The notes under the pieces are model-generated. The model was not told the origin of the DNA. It saw nothing but the letters and a program-made list of their open reading frames with translations, and did not search any database. 64,000 nt of DNA from Octopus sinensis (taxonomy: Eukaryota): the NCBI RefSeq assembly GCF_006345805.1, contig NW_021832223.1, forward strand, positions 434,001 to 498,000, written 5' to 3'. A program made the translations under genes and the position numbers. Each line of letters starts with the position of its first letter. The first letter of the stretch is position 1. Of the stretch, positions 58,122 to 64,000 are shown one piece after another.

Positions 58122-58694
58122 CTACTTATTATTTAGCATCATATGTTCGAGCGGGAATTCAGGAATAACAATTGCCGCCTCTCTACGAACTGCCTCTTCT
58201 GAATCAGAGGCATGGACAGCATTCCTGGTGTCCGAAAACCCATGGACTGCCCGAATTGTCCCCGGCTGTTCAAATTGAGTCCTTTTCCTTGACAATCCAA
58301 CCTTACCTGTACACTTTTGTGGGCCCAATAAGTCCCCTCAAGTCGGCAATTGCATTCTCTTTGGCCAACAAGAGTAAAGTCACAGGACCACTTTTAAATA
58401 TTTAATAAAATATTACCTTGACATATACGAAGTCAATCTATTATAATAAAACTTTTCTAATAAATTTAAAAATTATTATATCACCTGAATGCTCTGAATA
58501 AAAATTTTTGCACTGTACCACAGAGAGCAGCTTTGTTTTAATAAACACAAATTTGAATTCGTATTCTTTGAGTGTGTTTAGTATGTCCTGGAAATGAGTG
58601 GAATGAATACTCTCTGACGGTGCTTGTGGAGGACAACATCCGGCTTGAGTATTGCAAGCGTAATTTGAAGACGTGATGCCACAGAAGTAGACAT
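58122..58694 (-). CDS. NME6: Nucleoside diphosphate kinase 6
   Basis: LQITLAILKPD, FYSEH|EKFYYNRL..YMS|SGP, GPTKVYR, DTRNAVHASDS. Introns of 23, 28, 26 and 25 nt. Confidence 0.9.
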
Positions 58695-58793
58695 TTTTAT
58701 ACTTAAATTAATTATATTAATTTAATTAATTATTTTATTTATTAATCTTATCTAGTTTTTTAGTGGGGATTTCCTACTTGTGAATTTATTCAA
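58695..58793. promoter_or_regulatory. Putative bidirectional promoter (99 bp)
   Basis: Very AT-rich spacer between the divergent ATGs of NME6 and the ankyrin gene. Confidence 0.55.
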
Positions 58794-61700
58794 ATGACGT
58801 CACTAAAAGACCTGGAAGTGAGTGGTTTACTCTTAATTTGCAGAACCAGCTTTTAAAGTCATGTTTTGCTGGCACTTCTGACTCAATTCGAATACATATG
58901 ACTCAAAAATCAGCAATAAAATTACAAGTATGTCATACTTAATAATTTCAGAAAGAATCATACCAAAAGCTATTATTTGCAGCTGCCTATGCCTCAGAAG
59001 ACCAAATATTATCCTATTTACTCGACCATGGAGTAGATGTTAATGAAATAGACTCCACCTGGCAGGGAGCCTTACACTACTGTGCCTATTCCCCCACACA
59101 AGTAGGCCAGTCTAGTAGTTGTAGACACTCTCTACTGTTAACTGCTGATTAATCGTGGAGCCCTGTTAAATCGGTACAACAGAAATTGGCAGAGTCCCCT
59201 CTTTATTGCCCTTGTTCACAGCAATGCTAAAATCTGTCAATTCTTTGTTGAGCAGATAAGAGAACTGAATGGAAAGGATAAGAACGGGTTGACTGCACTG
59301 CACTACGCTGTACTGAGCGACTCTCTTGAGGCAGTTTTGGGTTGCTATTGGCTAGAAAGTACATCTTGTGCTGACAAAAATGTCAAAAATTGTGAGGTGT
59401 GACTCCAGTGGGAGGACTGCACTTCATTTTGCAGCCACAAAGAACAATGTAGATATGATGGTCATTCTTATTGAATTTGATTCATCTGTGATTAATAAGT
59501 GTGATAAAATGGTTATAAATGCATTGAATATTGTTGAGGGTAACACTGCATTGCACTACTCCTGTGCTGTTGGGTCGGCTGAACATGTTAAAGTCCTCCT
59601 TGTCCATTCTGCTGACGTCACTGTTCAGAATTTGGCGGGAAATACAGCATTGCACGTGGCATGTATGAATAATAACTATGATGTGGTGGAATTGCTTATT
59701 GCCAGCAAATGTGATGTGAATGTGCTCAATAATGAGAAATATGTATTCCCCCACCTGTACTTCCAGTCAGCACTGCACTACGTCATGAAAATGTCTCCCT
59801 CTGTCTATAAAGCCCTGGTTGACTCATCTGCCTCCATTTTGCCCACGGTGGTGTGCTAGTTGTATGTTTAGGGGTCTAATTATGGACTGATGCACATGGC
59901 TGTGTACCACCAGAATGAGATGGTCCTCAGGATGTTGATTGAGGGGGGATTCCCGGTGGATTTGGAGGACAGTGAGGGCAACACTGCTCTCCATGTGGCT
60001 GTACTTCGACGTAATTATGTGCTGGCTCAGCTGTTGGTGGAAGCTGGGTGTCGGACAGATATGTGAGGAGTAGTATGACAGTGTTTGAGACAGGGGAAGG
60101 ACGGGCTACTTCCATTCCACATTGCCTGCTGTAATCGGGATGTCGCCCTCGCACTGTTTCTGGCACAAAACATGGACTATAGTGGGCCTGCGGATGATTG
60201 GAATCGGTCTTGTTCTGCCCTGTCCTTGCTTATTGAGTGAGTGTGTATATATAGTTCAGTAATTCAATGTTTGAGCAGTTTCTTATGAAGGAACGAGTTC
60301 AGTCTGATTATCTGGTAGACAAGTGTGGCCGGTATTGCTATTTTAATAAAGACAGGACACTCCTGCACTACGCAGCGGTGAGTTCTAGTCTGACGTATAT
60401 CCCCGCCTTCCTGTCGACTATGGATGTCAATATATATGACACGACGGGGCGGACTGCCCTCCACTATGCTGCCTTCTATGGGGGGAATAACTCACTGTTG
60501 TGGGGGTTGGTCATGTTGGTAGACTGGTGGCCCATTTGGTGAGTGCTGGGGCTGATTTGACACTCGGAGATGTCGCCCACGACTTTACCTGTCTCCATTA
60601 TGCTGCCTTCAGGAACAATCCTCAGATATTTAGTGTTTGCCATTTGAGTGACTGGTAGTTCACGGATAGAGTACTCAGTCTGTGGGCAGGTAGTTGCACT
60701 CCTCTCCATATTGCTGTAAGTGCTGTGTGTCTATTTAGGCCTATTTTGGTAATAATGAAGTGGTCAGTCACATTATTGACAAATTCCCGGGGATTATTGA
60801 CAATATAGACGACCACGGTTGAGTTGTTTAGAATGAGAGTAGGCCATTCCCCAGTGGAGTATGCTCTTTTTGGACGTAATCTGAGAACTGCTTGTATTCT
60901 GTTGGAGAATGGGGCCAGTCCGTTTAGTAGGAAGTACAGGACAGTGCTCCATCTCTGTGCGAGACTGCATTCCCCTCGCCTGGAAGAGTTGACTCAGCAT
61001 CTCTCCTCTCTCTGTAATGTCAAAGACCGTCGTGGCTGGTGGGAGTGGTTGATGGTCTATTAACAGTAACCCACTTTCGGTGGCCTATGAGTATGGAAAT
61101 ACTAATTTGATACAACTCAACACCACCAATGTCCATTCCTCTGATGTACGAGGCACTACAGTATTACATCGACTGGTAGGCATTGCCTGATTATATTTAA
61201 GGCTGTTCTTGGATTGGAAATTCCTTCTAAGCTGGCTATGAGTTATGGGGCTCGTTGGTCAGTGTCTGACTGCACTGGGAAGCTGCCAGCACACTATGCA
61301 GTGATTGCTAACAATCTTCCATGGCTGTCGATCGACCCATATCTCAACGTGGCTATTTGTGGGCTTATTGGTGTAGGATATGTACAAAAGTTATACCATC
61401 GAAGACTGTTATGGCTTTACTTGTATACATTGGGCTGCCTACTGTGGTTGGACTTGAATTGACTGGTTTAGGACACGTTGAGTTGTTGGAACACATGTTG
61501 TCGTATGTGTCTACTGACGAGTTGGTAAAATGTTCTGATGCAGTGGGTACTGCCGGGGTGTCCCCTCTCCACTGTGCAATGTTTATTAGTGAGTGTATTA
61601 TTCTAGTCATCACGATCATGTCCGAATTGCCAAGTTGTTGGTCGACTATTCTGATGTCCATTCCATGAAATTTGTCAAGCTGACAGACCACCACGAACGG

Positions 61701-62337
61701 TATATTTATAGTCGTAATACAGTAATGTGATTCATTATTGTGCACGGTATGACGCAGTCAAGTGCTATGAATTCCTCTCTCAGTTCAATACTGGCCTAAT
61801 TAATCAACTGGACGACGAATTTCATAATCCTTTGGCACTCGCAATCCTGTATGGCTCAGCAAGTATTCTAGGTTGGTATTATGGTTAATGCGATTAGAGA
61901 TCATGTTGAATAAAATGTCGTTTGATGGAGAGTATCGGGATATCAACAAGAGGACATATCTCCATTTGGCCTGTCTATCAGTAGTACTTTAGTATAGTTG
62001 TAGTCGGACTCTGATTGTTTTGGACTTGTTATTTCCAAGGAAAAGACGTCAGTGAACCAAGTCGACGTATTTGGGAGAACGTATGTTTTGGAATTGATTG
62101 TAGTCCTATTTTTTATGCTGCGCAAAATGGGTATTTGGAGTCGGTGAGGAAGCTGATTCAGCGTGGAGCAAATGTGGATATTTTGGATGTGAATGGTTGG
62201 GAGTTTGAGGCACTGTAGGAATCTCTCCCTTTTTCTTTGCTGTTGGAGAAAACGATCAGGCAATGAGTGCTTTGGCACTGTCTCAAAACATGACTGCCAA
62301 CCCTCCTAGTGATGACGATGAATCTAGTTCAGACTAA
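58794..62337 (+). CDS. Long ankyrin-repeat protein, tentatively PP6 regulatory subunit ANKRD28/44/52-like
   Basis: Many ankyrin repeats across tiny introns: DVNEIDSTWQGALH, GRTALHFAA, GNTALHVAC, GFTCIHWAAYCG, SPLHCA, SPIFYAAQNG. Confidence 0.8.
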
Positions 62338-62871
62338 ACTTGCTGTTTTGGATATTTAATAAGATTATTTTCTTTATGATATCTATTAGGTAATTTTTCT
62401 GTTCAACCGTTTTCTGTTGGTTAGTCAATATTAATCAGTTGCTTTGATTAGTTACACTTTTATATTTTACTATTTCTCGAAAAGCCTACTGGGTTGGATT
62501 TTTTACTATTGTTAGAACTATAAAACTAAAATCTCGTCTACTAATTTCCTCCCAAAAGGTGTTTATGCATCATCAACGGAGCTTTCGTTATAAACACAGA
62601 TTCTTTAGTCTACAATCGGAAATTGGAAAGGCAATAAATTTCATAAAAACCCACTTTGTAAAAGTCCGATTTTTTACAACTTGAAATATGAAAGATTATT
62701 TGTGAACATTATCAGGTAGATAATTAACTTACACAAGATGTTCCACCAAAGCATATAAATTTAAGGTATTTGTGTTAACGTAGAAAAAAAGTTTTATACA
62801 CGTAAAGCAATGTACAGAAGTGTTATCATGAGACAAAAAGTCTACATTGTAAATCAGTTCAGATTTTCTCT

Positions 62872-62955
62872 ACGAATCCTGTCAAATTCCCTGCTCATAT
62901 CAATGCCCAATATTGTGGTTACCTTTTCAAAATTTTGGTAAATGGCACAGATCCA
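62872..62955 (+). mobile_element. Helitron Rep-domain remnant
   Basis: NPVKFPAHINAQYCGYLFKILVNGTD (cf. YNP..LxKFxAHINVE.C...KYLFKY..KGxD). Confidence 0.6.
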
Positions 62956-63199
62956 TCTATCTCCTTATATTACATCGACAGTTGATCTCCCAAACCTGAA
63001 TCTACGTTGGATGGTTAATTTCTTTTTAATAACAATAAAGTAACGTTATTAAAATAAAATTTATCAAAACGAAAAGAATTGGAGGATCCATGAAAAGTAA
63101 AAAATTAGTCGAATTTTGTTTTATTTAAATTGCGATTTAAAAATATTAAATTAAGCAGGACGAATAAAATTGAATAAGTTAAATTCAATTTATAACTCT

Positions 63200-64000
63200 A
63201 TGACACATTTTGTTGTTTTTGCAATCATAGTCAGGAGTCTCAGATCGAGTACACTCAAAGTAGCAATAAAGTATAAAGACAATATTCGTTCCAATATCTC
63301 CCAGGGTCATCAGTTTAATCTAAAATGGAATGAATATCTTAAAACATTTAGTTGTTCATTATACTTACTTTCGTAGACAAAAAATATCCACCACACGAAG
63401 AGAGTCGAAGACGGGAAATATTTCGAAGCAATCTCGAACTAATTTATCAACACAACTTGAAATACGAAAAAAGGGAAACTTCGTATGGTCTAGGCATCAA
63501 TCAGTTCGCGGACATGGTATCTCACCACTTCTCTAACTATTCAGGACTTTGGAGAAATGCATAAAGAATCTCATTTTGACCTCAATTTAACCGAATTTCA
63601 AGAATCTCGTTCCAAACCCGAATTTGGAGATAATTATGACGTCCCAGTCAACTTTAGTTGGGTGGATCGTAATGCTGTCACTCATGTTAAGAGTGAAGGA
63701 AGCTGTGGATCCTGTTATATATTTGGAGCTGTATAAGACACTAATCAATTGTAGCTGGGAAGTTTTGAAGGCCAATTCGCTATTAAATACGGCAAACTTG
63801 TTAGCTTCAGCGAGCAAAATGTAATCGACTGTATTGGACCGGACGGATGTGCAGGGGGCTCCGTGGTGGTGGTTTTTAAATACATAATGAAAAATGGTGG
63901 CATCGACACCGAAGAAATGTACCCTTACGAAGCCAGGGTGTACTATCTTATGTCAATCTTTAGAGTTGGTTTTGCAGATATAGGAAAAATGTTGTAAAAA
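63200..64000 (+). CDS. Cathepsin L-like protease, copy 2 (runs off the window)
   Basis: Same exon structure as copy 1; active-site region VKSEGSCGSCYIFGA. Confidence 0.9.

Noticed and set aside
58290-58315. 19-nt intron in NME6
   Set aside because: The 25-nt acceptor (GGAAAAG) gives exact colinearity with NME6, so it is preferred.

Overview
AT-rich eukaryotic (metazoan-type) genomic DNA in the standard genetic code. Host genes are cut by very small spliceosomal introns (mostly 22-28 nt), so the ORF track shows only fragments. The combination of tiny introns, animal genes and a ciliary gene fits a dicyemid-like parasite; this is inference, not an identification. Genes reconstructed by manual splicing: a Thr/Ser/Lys-rich membrane mucin, TSC22-family protein, RRP9, GCAT, ZNF474-like, class C GPCR, IFT27-like, COG7, a Misshapen/MAP4K4-type kinase (2 copies), an annexin pseudogene (2 copies), cathepsin L-like protease (2 copies), NME6 and a long ankyrin-repeat protein. 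About half of the window is transposon debris: hAT, Merlin, Tc1, Ginger-like integrase, Helitron, several non-LTR families and a tRNA-derived SINE. The main structure is a ~10.5 kb direct duplication (23025-33497 and 37238-47727) whose left edge is exactly the left TIR of a hAT element; the second copy carries an intact 687-aa transposase ORF. Host genes show a repeated C/A-rich to G/T-rich switch on the + strand, independent of gene orientation. Many 1-bp indels, especially in copy 1 of the duplication, may be consensus errors, so frameshift calls are tentative.
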